20,000 nucleotides of DNA from an uncultured virus (IMG/VR IMGVR_UViG_2576861727_000003) (IMGVR_UViG_2576861727_000003), one strand, 5' to 3'; numbered from the stretch's first letter, positions 6,927 to 16,872 are shown. Numbers and translations are program-made. The notes: generated from the letters alone by a model not told the origin.

Positions 6927-9137
6927 ATGATAAGTTATGGCTATCAGGAACACATCACAATGTTTACATCCGAAGAAGGAAAGCAGTTTATCCGCCGTAT
7001 AATGGCGGCATCAGAAGACAAAGTAAGACTTGTCGAATTCGGTTGGGTTGCGAAAGAGAAATGTTCTCTGCCTCTCAACGTTGGAGATAAAGTCTTTTGT
7101 CTTAACGGCAGCCACGAAGTTACAGCAATCCCAGAGACTGAGGACGGATTTTCATTCAGGACTTGTAAAGAATTTACAATAGAAAGCGGGACAAAGATTC
7201 CGCTCGTAGTTGAAGGAATAAGACTGAATTTCACAAGAATCTTGGATAATTCAGATACTTGTGAAGTTGAAAGTCCTATATTCAAACAAATGACTGCTTT
7301 CTTAGACGAGGTTGGTTACAATTATAGTAATAACGTAATCGCTGATATTGTCAGCAAAGCGTATTCGGCAAAAGAAAAACTGCGCGAAAAATTCAGAAAG
7401 TCAGAGTTCTGGAACGAAGATTTACAAGCTCTGATTGTACCAGATTTTAAGTTCACGTCAGAGCCTAATTACGACGACGTGTCAACCTGGATTAATCAAA
7501 TATTTAGACATTCAAATATTTCATATCCAGATTCGGTACTTAGAATCGCTAAGAACGCCGTCAACAACCACTTATACAAAAACCATGTGTATTTAAATGA
7601 TTACGACGCATATGCTTTGGAACAGGGTATAGGGGATTACAAGTATTCCCATGGAGCAAAAGTCACAAAATTTCTCAGAGGAATATTCGACGGTCTTAAC
7701 CTCGGAGAAAACAACAGTGATTACGAGAGGCATTTTGCTATGCTTGCTGACTCGGCATCACCCAAGGAACATAAGCGTTTACTTGTAATATCCTTGAATG
7801 TCATGGACTTTCTTACCATGAGTGAAGGCAATTCATGGAAGAGTTGCCATAATATTCGAGAGAGAGGCTGCTATCATGGCGGATGTTTGTCGTATGCGCT
7901 TGATGAAGTAACCGCGATTTTGTACACGCTTCCTGCCGACACAGACATTTCAAACGGCGAACTTTGGAAAATTCCGAAGATAAATCGTCAGCTTTTTATG
8001 TTCGGCGATTCGTATGTCGTAGAAAGCCGACTCTATCCCAATTGCGAGGCACTTCATATCAGAAAGGCGCATCATGAGATAGTGAATAAAATTTACACAA
8101 AGATTATGGAAAAGCGTTTTAACCCAGTAAAGGGAAGTTATGAGAGGATTACTCAGAACATATACGACCATGTTGAAACATGCGGACTTCACTATCCCGA
8201 TTATAACTATAATTGTTATTATATCACTGCCTTAATTTCGGATGATTATAAAAATGAAAAGTTAACAATCGGTCATGATGTGCCAGATATCGTGACGGGT
8301 GGAATTAACCAGCATCATGACTCCATGACCACAGAGGGTGGAAGCTCTGGCGGAAATAGCGTCTGGTTTGAAGATGCTTCACACGGATATGCAATCACTG
8401 ATTCAGAAGAGGTAGAGTACTTCCGCGGTGAAGTTTATCACCATGAATACTGCTACTGGAGCGACGAAGAAGACTGTTATATCCCTGACGATATAGCAAT
8501 ATATATCGACGATGACTACTATTCTCCAGAATATGTAGAGGAGAATTTCGTCGAGTGCAGTCAGTGCGGCGAATATGTTAGAAAGAACCGTGCAGTATGG
8601 TGCGATGATGAGCCTTATTGCTCTAGTTGTGCAGATACATATTTGACAATGTGTGAAGAATGCGGCGAATATGTTCGTCAGTCAGATGCCGAATATGTTG
8701 ATGATAAATGCATATGCCCCGACTGCGTAGAAACAAAAACCCGTGTCTGCACAGTATGTGGTGAAAGACACTTTAACCAGTATTTTAATGCAGATTCGAC
8801 TGTATGTATGGACTGCGCAGAGGAACATATACAGTATTCTCTTCCTGAATCGGGAGTAGTTGTTGTTCATAACAGAGCAGAATTAAAGAAAGTCATTGTA
8901 TCCGCTCATAATAACGGACTGAAATGGAAGAACGGTGAACCCGCGAACGACGGATATACGGTAGACGTAATGCGTCGAACCTTAATGAATCCACGAATCA
9001 CTGCTCTGGGAATTATTATTGGAGAGACTCTGATGTATGCGCCTGAAGCAGAGGGACTTCCAATACCCGATACTTTTGGAGAACAGATTCAGTTTTCTGA
9101 ATTACCCGTAAAAACAACCGAAAATATAAACGCATAA
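6927..9137 (+). CDS. large multidomain hypothetical protein: SWxSCH domain, tandem CxxC zinc-ribbon repeats, C-terminal GLKW domain
   Basis: 736 aa, AGGAGG RBS; MSEGNSWKSCH..GCYHGGCLSYALD; six CxxC pairs (CSQC, CSSC, CEEC, CPDC, CTVC, CMDC). Confidence 0.9.
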   Translation: MISYGYQEHITMFTSEEGKQFIRRIMAASEDKVRLVEFGWVAKEKCSLPLNVGDKVFCLNGSHEVTAIPETEDGFSFRTCKEFTIESGTKIPLVVEGIRLNFTRILDNSDTCEVESPIFKQMTAFLDEVGYNYSNNVIADIVSKAYSAKEKLREKFRKSEFWNEDLQALIVPDFKFTSEPNYDDVSTWINQIFRHSNISYPDSVLRIAKNAVNNHLYKNHVYLNDYDAYALEQGIGDYKYSHGAKVTKFLRGIFDGLNLGENNSDYERHFAMLADSASPKEHKRLLVISLNVMDFLTMSEGNSWKSCHNIRERGCYHGGCLSYALDEVTAILYTLPADTDISNGELWKIPKINRQLFMFGDSYVVESRLYPNCEALHIRKAHHEIVNKIYTKIMEKRFNPVKGSYERITQNIYDHVETCGLHYPDYNYNCYYITALISDDYKNEKLTIGHDVPDIVTGGINQHHDSMTTEGGSSGGNSVWFEDASHGYAITDSEEVEYFRGEVYHHEYCYWSDEEDCYIPDDIAIYIDDDYYSPEYVEENFVECSQCGEYVRKNRAVWCDDEPYCSSCADTYLTMCEECGEYVRQSDAEYVDDKCICPDCVETKTRVCTVCGERHFNQYFNADSTVCMDCAEEHIQYSLPESGVVVVHNRAELKKVIVSAHNNGLKWKNGEPANDGYTVDVMRRTLMNPRITALGIIIGETLMYAPEAEGLPIPDTFGEQIQFSELPVKTTENINA

Positions 9138-9150
9138 AGGAGGATTAAAT

Positions 9151-10461
9151 ATGAATAAGATTTCTATGTCGGATTGTTGTACAAAACCCCAGAAGACTCT
9201 CAAGCCATTTCTCAGAGACGAACTTATAGAAAGAGGGTACTCCGTTCTTGACGAGGACGGATTTTTATTTGCAGAAGGTGAGCTACCAGTAATGCTGGTG
9301 GCGCACATGGATACGGTACACCATGACAACTGTACAATAGTCTGCACGTCTCCTGACGGCAAGTATTGGATGTCTCCACAGGGCATCGGCGGTGACGACC
9401 GATGCGGTATATACGCAATTATGAAGATTACTGAGACACATAAGTGTTCAATTCTCTTTACCGAAGATGAAGAGATTGGATGCGTGGGAGCAAAAAAGTA
9501 TGCAAAATTTATTGCGGAAAATTCCACAGCAATCCCCAAAAACTTGAATTATATTGTCGAGCTTGACAGAAAGAATGCAAATGACGCGGTATTCTATAGT
9601 TGCGATAACGCCGAATTTGAAAAGTTCGTAACAACAGACACAGGTTTCAAAACCGCATATGGTAGTTGTTCCGACATAAGTTACGTCGCTCCTGCACTTG
9701 GAGTTGCGGCGGTGAATTTTTCGTCGGGGTATTACAACCCTCACCAGACTTGCGAGTATATAAATCTCGCAGAACTTAATGAGAATATTCGCCGTGTAAA
9801 GGCAATCATTGATAAGCCTAGTGACAAGTTCGAGTATATCGAAAAAGTCAAGACAACATACTCGTATAATAAGAGTAGCGGTTCGAGTTATAAGGAATAC
9901 GATTACGATTACTATTCAAGAGGTTATTCCTCAAGATACGATAAAGAGGATGACTCGTATGGGCTTGACTATGAAGGATATCAGATATCCTTGTGGGCTC
10001 CACAGAATCTAGCATTTGAAGACTTCATGTTGGATTTGGGGCTGTATGCTCAGGATTATGCTGAACGTTTTAGTGAGTTAACCCGCTTCGGCAAATATGT
10101 CGTACAGGACAAAGTAAAGAACGAACAGTACTCGTTCCAAGTAGAAGAAGGTAATCCCGAAAGATATTATCAGGATGAGAACTTCAATATTTTCAAGTAC
10201 GACGAGGAACTCCAGGTCATGGTAAGTTGTGACTGCGAAATTATTGGAAGAGAATTTAGCTACTCTTCCACAACAACAAAGCCTTGGTTTAATAAGTATG
10301 ACGCGGAATATTTTTACGTCATCCCAAACGCGCTTTATTCAGACTTTTACAACTACTACATGGAGAATAAAGATATATACGAGGAGGAAGAATGCGATAA
10401 AAAAGAAGAGCCCGCAACTGAAGATAACATGGAGAATGATATCTTAAAATTATACAACTGA
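9151..10461 (+). CDS. M28/M20-clan zinc peptidase-like metallohydrolase with Tyr/acid-rich C-terminal extension
   Basis: LVAHMDTVH, GGDDRCG, EDEEIG, ELDR, SDI and GYYNPH metal-ligand motifs. Confidence 0.85.
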   Translation: MNKISMSDCCTKPQKTLKPFLRDELIERGYSVLDEDGFLFAEGELPVMLVAHMDTVHHDNCTIVCTSPDGKYWMSPQGIGGDDRCGIYAIMKITETHKCSILFTEDEEIGCVGAKKYAKFIAENSTAIPKNLNYIVELDRKNANDAVFYSCDNAEFEKFVTTDTGFKTAYGSCSDISYVAPALGVAAVNFSSGYYNPHQTCEYINLAELNENIRRVKAIIDKPSDKFEYIEKVKTTYSYNKSSGSSYKEYDYDYYSRGYSSRYDKEDDSYGLDYEGYQISLWAPQNLAFEDFMLDLGLYAQDYAERFSELTRFGKYVVQDKVKNEQYSFQVEEGNPERYYQDENFNIFKYDEELQVMVSCDCEIIGREFSYSSTTTKPWFNKYDAEYFYVIPNALYSDFYNYYMENKDIYEEEECDKKEEPATEDNMENDILKLYN

Positions 10462-10596
10462 TAGCGAAAATATGAAAGGTGGTGATACCAATGCAGTATT
10501 AAAGTCGGTCGCGACAAAAATTACGAATAAATACATACGAAAACGAGGACAAACTTATAAGAAAACTTTTTTTTAATTACAAAGGAGATTTTAATT

Positions 10597-11412
10597 ATGA
10601 TGAACAAGAATTCACTTAGAAACGGCGATATGGTAGTTATGAACAACGGCAAGAAGGCAACCTACATGGTAGTCAATGGTACACCGATATTCAGATATCA
10701 TACAAAGGCGGGCTCTTTCAGCTACGTAAATAAGTATAGCGACTCTCTTGTACACCCCTCAAACCATGATTACTCTGTTCGTGAGGTATACAGAGTTCGC
10801 ACCGATGTAGCCGAAAAGGTACGCGGCGACGCGATTTTTAATCCCGACAAGATGTATGAGTACGGCGAGAATATTTCTAACAGATACTTCTACGACAATG
10901 ACGTTTCGTCTAACACCGACGCAACCGATTTCGGCGCAAAGATTTATGATATTCAGGGTACGAAGACTGGAGACCTTATCATTTTTGCTAATGGCAAGAC
11001 TGGTACAGTGTTCAGAGATATGCCTAACTGCCCTGATATCGTAAGATTCCACACCGAGAAGAACAGCTTCATGCCGCTTACAAGATGGGACGGTCTCGAC
11101 CATAAGAGCAAGGCAGAGTATAACATCGAGAAGATTTATAGAGCAAGCACAGAGGGAGATGCTTCAAAGCTTTATGATGTTATCGGTCATCCCGATAGAA
11201 TGATGGAGTCTGGAATTCTCTTCTTTGACGCTAACGCTGATTTGAACGAGGATGACTACAGCACAGTAGCAGACAATCTGGCATGCGGATATCATATGTT
11301 TAATGTTGACCTTGAGGATACTAAAACAGAGACTTCGGATACTGTTACCGAACTGCTGAAAATCCTCGGAGCGAACACTAAGATTATTAGTGAGCTGATT
11401 GCAAAGCTGTAA
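10597..11412 (+). CDS. hypothetical protein with two tandem internal repeats
   Basis: repeat1 LRNGDMVVMNNGK..FRYHT..SF..YSVREVYR..P.KM; repeat2 TKTGDLIIFANGK..VRFHT..SF..YNIEKIYR..P.RM; followed by its own terminator. Confidence 0.85.
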   Translation: MMNKNSLRNGDMVVMNNGKKATYMVVNGTPIFRYHTKAGSFSYVNKYSDSLVHPSNHDYSVREVYRVRTDVAEKVRGDAIFNPDKMYEYGENISNRYFYDNDVSSNTDATDFGAKIYDIQGTKTGDLIIFANGKTGTVFRDMPNCPDIVRFHTEKNSFMPLTRWDGLDHKSKAEYNIEKIYRASTEGDASKLYDVIGHPDRMMESGILFFDANADLNEDDYSTVADNLACGYHMFNVDLEDTKTETSDTVTELLKILGANTKIISELIAKL

Positions 11413-11447
11413 TAAGCTGTAATCTAACAAAGGGTAAAGTAATAGAT

Positions 11448-11478
11448 GGGGCTGTTTCGACAGCCCCTTTTATTATTT
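11448..11478 (+). terminator. intrinsic terminator
   Basis: GGGGCTGT-TTCG-ACAGCCCC followed by TTTTATTATTT. Confidence 0.85.
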
Positions 11479-11491
11479 AAGAAAGGATGAA

Positions 11492-11857
11492 ATGATGGCG
11501 GTAGACATACGAAAGCATATTACAAAGGAGTTAAAAGAGGCAGTTAAAGCAAAATCTTCAACTTGTTTTTATTGCGGAAAAAAGTTGAATGATTCAAATA
11601 GAACAATAGACCATATTGTGCCAATCACAAAAGGCGGTACTAATGATATCAATAATTTAGTCTGTTGTTGTCATGACTGCAATCAAGCTAAGGGTGGCGA
11701 AACAATTTTTGGCGCGATAAAAGTTTTAGAGAATAAGGTCAAATTTTGCCACCCCGAATTTGAAGAAGACCAGATTCGAAAAGAAAAATATCTGAATTAT
11801 ATCCAAATCTTTAAAAACGCTAACAAGAAAATCAAAGCTCTAAAAGAGTTAATTTAA
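11492..11857 (+). CDS. HNH endonuclease
   Basis: CFYC..TIDHIVPITKGGTNDINNLVCCCHDCNQAKG, classic zinc-bound HNH signature. Confidence 0.92.
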   Translation: MMAVDIRKHITKELKEAVKAKSSTCFYCGKKLNDSNRTIDHIVPITKGGTNDINNLVCCCHDCNQAKGGETIFGAIKVLENKVKFCHPEFEEDQIRKEKYLNYIQIFKNANKKIKALKELI

Positions 11858-11877
11858 AATAAGAGAGGTAAAATGCA

Positions 11878-13482
11878 ATGGCTAGATATATTAGAATTAA
11901 AAAACATCAGTTAAGAACTAAGGACAATGAAGCTGTCTTCGACTTTGACACTAAAGAAGGCAATAAAGATATTATATGTCCAATGGGAAAACCGTCGGAA
12001 CCTATAGTAACTCATTGGAGATATCATATGTACCCTGTATATGTAGATGATACTATATATTATATTCGTACATACGAAGATCAGATACGTCACTTGGAGC
12101 AGCTTCTTTTTTATGGTGAAAAGATTCGCATAAAAGGCAAAGGAACAGATGAATATAAAATAGTCGGTGGCGGTTCAAAAATGTATAGAGCGAAGAACTC
12201 GAACGGCGTTGAAGTTCGTCGTAATTATATTAACAAAAAGGGTGAGTTAACATTTGAACCAATAACTCCCGCGGATCGTAAAAAAGAAGAAATCAATATC
12301 GTAGAATCAGACGGATTTAATATGTTTGTTGATGCTATACATACCAATAGCAGATACGACAGAGAAGATTATCTTCCTGCGATTTACAAAAACTACGAAG
12401 CGGCAACTAAAGCAAAAACTCGACTAAGAGATATACTTCGTAAACATCCAAACTGGAACGAAGAACAGCAGTGCGTTGAGATTTCTGTAGCAATATCGAG
12501 GAATATTGACCCAGAGAGAATTTTTAACGATATGGCTGCGCTTGATGACGAAGTATCTAAGCAGCCAATATTTTCAAGAAATAGCCTGACGCTATGGAAT
12601 GAAGTAGTGCGTACCCTCAAATACACCGACCCATATGAAATCAGAGACAACGTATATAAGATACGTCCGCAGTATGCCGACAGAATACAAAAGATAAATT
12701 TCTCTGTAGATTTAACAGATATAAATTATACACAAAAGGCATCTCGCGTAATTCACTCAATTATGACTAAATTTAAAGTGAATTTTAATTCGGATATCGA
12801 AAGAGCTTTTGCGAATGTATCCGACTCGCTCAGCATCAAATCAAAAAAATATAAGCTTGTGCTCTCGATAAACCCCGCGGATTTTGTAACCATGAGCCAC
12901 GGCAATTCATGGCAGAGTTGTCACTCGTTCAGAGCTAATAACTGCTACCATGCTGGATGTTTGTCGTACGCGCTGGATAATTCAACCATGATTGCGTATA
13001 TAATCCCCGAAGATTCTACTGGTGATAATTACAAGGTCGATAAGATAATGAGACTGCTCTATATGTTCTCTGAAGAGGGTAAGGGATTTATAAGTACAAA
13101 AATGTATCCCAATAATAACGATAAAGCCGCAAGAGCTTCATTCGATAATGCTGTGTATAATATCTTAAAAGCATGTGAGGTAGAACTTCCTGAAACTTTA
13201 CATAGCCCTGATTCATGCGGACGTATTCGTACATTTGGTCGTCATTATCCAGATTATCAGTACGGATACATGAATCACTTTGGAGAGGATTATCAGAATT
13301 ATACAATTGGCTCAGATGCTTATAATTTCGAAGACCCATCATTAATTATCAACACAAGTAATTCATGTACTACTATATCTCGGACAACAACCAGTGTTGA
13401 CGAAGTTATTCTTTTAACAGAAGAAATCGAGTCCGCACTGAAAGCCATTAGCGAATCAGAAAGCGTAGCGGTTTCAGCATAA
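11878..13482 (+). CDS. hypothetical protein, paralog of the central domain of 6927..9137
   Basis: LVLSINPADFVTMSHGNSWQSCH..CYHAGCLSYALD..MYP..HYPDY. Confidence 0.9.
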   Translation: MARYIRIKKHQLRTKDNEAVFDFDTKEGNKDIICPMGKPSEPIVTHWRYHMYPVYVDDTIYYIRTYEDQIRHLEQLLFYGEKIRIKGKGTDEYKIVGGGSKMYRAKNSNGVEVRRNYINKKGELTFEPITPADRKKEEINIVESDGFNMFVDAIHTNSRYDREDYLPAIYKNYEAATKAKTRLRDILRKHPNWNEEQQCVEISVAISRNIDPERIFNDMAALDDEVSKQPIFSRNSLTLWNEVVRTLKYTDPYEIRDNVYKIRPQYADRIQKINFSVDLTDINYTQKASRVIHSIMTKFKVNFNSDIERAFANVSDSLSIKSKKYKLVLSINPADFVTMSHGNSWQSCHSFRANNCYHAGCLSYALDNSTMIAYIIPEDSTGDNYKVDKIMRLLYMFSEEGKGFISTKMYPNNNDKAARASFDNAVYNILKACEVELPETLHSPDSCGRIRTFGRHYPDYQYGYMNHFGEDYQNYTIGSDAYNFEDPSLIINTSNSCTTISRTTTSVDEVILLTEEIESALKAISESESVAVSA

Positions 13483-13494
13483 AGGAGGTTCTGT

Positions 13495-14022
13495 ATGACC
13501 TTTGAAGAAAGAAGACATATAATAACAACGGCGAGCAAAAAAATGTTCGCCGATTTTTTATGGCTTAAAAAACACACAAAAACAGCGTATGTTTCTAGCG
13601 AGTTCGTTATAAATGAAAAGTATTCTATATTCGCATTTGAGGAGTTTGATGAAGAAGATGTAGAAGATAGATGGATAACTATTACGCTTGAGAAATATAA
13701 CGAAAGAGGACGATGCGTTAATGATTTCGTTGTGACGGCAATAGCGTATAAAATGTCTAAGCAAGCTATCTCTGTAGCCATTAGCAATCTATTTACTGCA
13801 TTTGAGAATAAAACACATAACCTTGACGAATTAAAACTTAGAGCAACTTATGAAGAGCTCGGCGAAGAAGAAGAAAAAGGTATGACGCGGAAAGCCTTAA
13901 CAAGAATCCATTGGCTATTTGATAATACAGATTTTACAGAATCTCAGATAGCGAACATTATGGATTTAGATGTGGGTACAATAAATATTATGAGAAAGGA
14001 GTGGAATGGATGCGCTGTATAA
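13495..14022 (+). CDS. hypothetical protein with possible C-terminal HTH
   Basis: AAGGAGG RBS; FTESQIANIMDLDVGTINIMRKEW resembles a helix-turn-helix. Confidence 0.7.
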   Translation: MTFEERRHIITTASKKMFADFLWLKKHTKTAYVSSEFVINEKYSIFAFEEFDEEDVEDRWITITLEKYNERGRCVNDFVVTAIAYKMSKQAISVAISNLFTAFENKTHNLDELKLRATYEELGEEEEKGMTRKALTRIHWLFDNTDFTESQIANIMDLDVGTINIMRKEWNGCAV

Positions 14023-14432
14023 CTTTAAACGAGATACTCAAGAATTTCGATAAAAGCACTATCGTTTTACTCCCAGCTTCAAGACTAGAATTGAAGATAA
14101 TATTTCAATCTTTTAAAACACGCAGTTACGTTAATCTCGAAGCCCAATATATTGATGGGTACGGAATAAGGATTCAAAATTGCGAAATTCAAGGAATAAG
14201 CCCTGTTGAGTGGTATGAAGAACAGGGTCTTGTGACATACAAATTTGTTGTTAACCCAAATGCTTATAAAACTATTAACGACGGAGAGGCAGTCATTGTA
14301 CTGCCCGCTCCTCGTCTGCAAGGTTGGGTATGGTCGCACAACAAGGCGATTGTGACAAAATATAATAAAGCTGTACATGGAGTCATGGATTCTTATTTTA
14401 TTCCATATAGCGAAAATGCATTTCTAGCATGA
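14010..14432 (+). CDS. hypothetical protein, IPYSEN-motif family
   Basis: AAGGAG RBS, ATG 14010; GEAVIVLP..GW..FIPYSENAF. Confidence 0.75.
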   Translation: MRCITLNEILKNFDKSTIVLLPASRLELKIIFQSFKTRSYVNLEAQYIDGYGIRIQNCEIQGISPVEWYEEQGLVTYKFVVNPNAYKTINDGEAVIVLPAPRLQGWVWSHNKAIVTKYNKAVHGVMDSYFIPYSENAFLA

Positions 14433-14467
14433 CTACACATTATGTTACAAATTTTATATAAAGGAGC

Positions 14468-15067
14468 GTGGAGAAAACGATAGATGTAACAAATATTAAC
14501 GAGTTAAAGAAAATTAAGAAAGGAATTATATTTGCCCCTAACATGGAATTGGGGCAGATTTTAATTGAGGCGATGATATCGCCCGAAAATAAAGATGATT
14601 ATGTTTCCCATTTAAAATCCCGCATCAACCAGAAAGGCGGTTTTGCGCTGCGAATTGACGAAGATAAACGGTGTTATGGTCGTGGCGCATGTTATCTATC
14701 AAATCGTTCTACGACTTATGCAGATTATCAATTTTATAGAATTAATTATGCACCAAAAACTGAAATGTTACAAGGACATTTAGTGCATAAGGTTGGCGAT
14801 TTTATAAAAATAATTGATAATTTGGAAAAGTTCAAGAAGTATGACGGTACGTGTCTATGTACTAGCGAGATGTTTGAAAATAGAGGGAAGTCTTATGTAA
14901 TCAAAGATGTACAACCAACCTATTCCGTAGATAGTCCTGTATATCTTTTACAAGACGATACGTGGTGCTGGTCGTTATCCATGATAGATGATGTGGTTTA
15001 TATTAATTATCTTAAACCAATAATGATTCCTATCTCTGAGAATTTAGTAAAAGATGAGGAGGTATAA
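14468..15067 (+). CDS. hypothetical protein, IPYSEN-motif family (paralog of 19124..19681)
   Basis: NINELKKI..GII..FALRI..VGDFIKI..VIKDV..WSLSM..IPISENL; exact start uncertain. Confidence 0.8.
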   Translation: MEKTIDVTNINELKKIKKGIIFAPNMELGQILIEAMISPENKDDYVSHLKSRINQKGGFALRIDEDKRCYGRGACYLSNRSTTYADYQFYRINYAPKTEMLQGHLVHKVGDFIKIIDNLEKFKKYDGTCLCTSEMFENRGKSYVIKDVQPTYSVDSPVYLLQDDTWCWSLSMIDDVVYINYLKPIMIPISENLVKDEEV

Positions 15068-15074
15068 ATAAAGT

Positions 15075-15377
15075 ATGGGTTATGTTTTTAATAAAGAGGG
15101 TAAGTTTGAAAAGTCGGATAAAGGAGAGGATAATATTTATGAAGCCGCATTGCAACGGCTCGAAGATTTACTAAGGATAATCTCAGACGAATCTGAACTT
15201 GAGGTCGGATACCGCGAAGAAGACGACTCTTGGATTGTCTATGAATATTTTCCAGAGCGCGAACAGGCAATAGAATTTCGCGATGAAAAAGGGAATCCAG
15301 TGGTTGCCTTTACAGGAATTCCGTATGATATTATGACTGAGATACTAAATAAAAGCGACGTTTGGTTCGTTGGATAG
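15075..15377 (+). CDS. acidic hypothetical protein
   Basis: 100-aa ORF, GAGGAGGT RBS. Confidence 0.75.
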   Translation: MGYVFNKEGKFEKSDKGEDNIYEAALQRLEDLLRIISDESELEVGYREEDDSWIVYEYFPEREQAIEFRDEKGNPVVAFTGIPYDIMTEILNKSDVWFVG

Positions 15378-15388
15378 GAGAGATATAA

Positions 15389-15661
15389 ATGGTTGTAAAA
15401 GACGGAAACGACTTCAAAATTACCAGTATAAATGGAAGTGAAATTACGATAACTTTTCAGGAAGCCTTTGAGGTAATGAGAGCTGTCGAAAGACATTATT
15501 ACGAAGAAGACGTGCGCGACATGCTTGACGACCTCGGGCTTAGTGTGACCGATACAGAACTCGATAATATTATTGAGGAGTACGAGGACAGAATGAGCGA
15601 TGATGATTCGTGGCGCGATGTTCTTAGAAGTATAATCAAAGAGTTTAAGGAGGCAAATTAA
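15389..15661 (+). CDS. acidic hypothetical protein
   Basis: 90-aa ORF, AGGAG RBS. Confidence 0.75.
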   Translation: MVVKDGNDFKITSINGSEITITFQEAFEVMRAVERHYYEEDVRDMLDDLGLSVTDTELDNIIEEYEDRMSDDDSWRDVLRSIIKEFKEAN

Positions 15662-16180
15662 ATGGATTATTCTTGGAACGTAACAGGTAAAACATTGCCT
15701 AAAGAAACAGGTAAGTATCTTATTATAACTGAAGATGGCGATTATCAGATTGCAAAATTTATTCGCTGTACTATTCCTGGTGTGGCAGAAATGGTGCGAT
15801 GGGAGACAAATCATGGTGAACTCCCAAAATATTGGACAGAGCTTCCAGAGAAGCCGAAAACTTTAAAAGTCTTTATTTCTCAGCCAATGTCAGGCAGAAC
15901 AGCGGATGAAATCGTCGAGGAAAGAGCAATGATGATAAGACGTATATCCCAAAAATATTCGTATTTGTTACCGTTGCAAATCGTCGATAGTTTCAATCCC
16001 AAGGCTCTTAACGACGGAAATCCTATAGAGGAGTTAGGAAAATGTATATCACTTATGCATGATGCCGACTATGTAGTTTTTGCGAACAATTGGGATAAAT
16101 CGAAAGGTTGTAGAACCGAAAATTTTGTCGCAACTGAATATGGAATAAAAAGAATCTACCCAGAGGACTATATGTTTTAG
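15662..16180 (+). CDS. fusion: DUF551-like N-terminus plus DUF4406-like (nucleoside deoxyribosyltransferase-fold) domain
   Basis: N-term LPKETGKYLI..YWTELPEKP; C-term KVFISQPMSG..SFNP..ADYVVFANNWDKSKGCRTE..YGIK. Confidence 0.7.
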   Translation: MDYSWNVTGKTLPKETGKYLIITEDGDYQIAKFIRCTIPGVAEMVRWETNHGELPKYWTELPEKPKTLKVFISQPMSGRTADEIVEERAMMIRRISQKYSYLLPLQIVDSFNPKALNDGNPIEELGKCISLMHDADYVVFANNWDKSKGCRTENFVATEYGIKRIYPEDYMF

Positions 16181-16202
16181 TTAATGGAAAGGAGTTTCAT
16201 TC

Positions 16203-16439
16203 ATGAGTGCAAAGTTTGTTATTCCAGTATGTTGGGAAGTTTATTCAACGGTAGAGGTTACTGCTAATTCTTTTGAAGAAGCTGTAAAAATTCTTACGGA
16301 TAATATAGATGATGTGCCTCTCGGAGAGAGCGAATATGTAGACGAATCGTATCGAATAGATGAGTGCGACGAGTTTACCTCAAAACATCTGAGACATATT
16401 GGTGGAATTTCTATTGATAAGGACGGTATACATAAGTAA
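16203..16439 (+). CDS. hypothetical protein
   Basis: AAGGAG RBS; VEVTANSFEEAV small phage-protein pattern. Confidence 0.75.
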   Translation: MSAKFVIPVCWEVYSTVEVTANSFEEAVKILTDNIDDVPLGESEYVDESYRIDECDEFTSKHLRHIGGISIDKDGIHK

Positions 16440-16450
16440 AGGAGAACGAT

Positions 16451-16675
16451 ATGTATAAAGTTGAGTTTCAAGGATTAAGTGGGAAACGTCGGGCGATTGG
16501 AGTAGCCACAACAAAAGAGTGGTGTTTTAAAATCATCAATGAGTTTCTTGTAGAAAAGAATTACAAAAGCCCCTATACAAGAACGTGGGAAGTAGATGAT
16601 AAAACAACAAAAGTTGATGTTGGTAGTTGGTCTGAATTCTTTTTCATAACTAAAGAAGATAGCCAAACTATCTAA
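16451..16675 (+). CDS. hypothetical phage protein
   Basis: AAGGAG RBS; YTRTW..DVGSWSEFF. Confidence 0.75.
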   Translation: MYKVEFQGLSGKRRAIGVATTKEWCFKIINEFLVEKNYKSPYTRTWEVDDKTTKVDVGSWSEFFFITKEDSQTI

Positions 16676-16872
16676 GATTTTTGAAGTTAGAAATCTATTG
16701 ATTTAACGGCGATTTTCAGCGCATATAAAACTTAAATTTCCAGCGGGCTTTGCCCCACACTCGCGGCGGCTTGTACTTAGCATAGCTCCGTTATCATCAA
16801 CGTATGAGACGTGTTCTATGTGGAATAATATTCATAGCGAAAAGTTTCTCGCTAAAAAAGGAGGAAGACATT

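Noticed and set aside
11492..11857. HNH gene as part of an intron or IscB/Cas9-like system
   Set aside because: Free-standing 121-aa ORF between a terminator and an intact gene; no RuvC motifs, intron core or adjacent guide-like array
16735..16855. GC-rich intergenic stretch with a twister-like GTACAAGC..GAGTG on the minus strand
   Set aside because: The flanking helices required for a twister fold could not be built; only generic hairpins are visible
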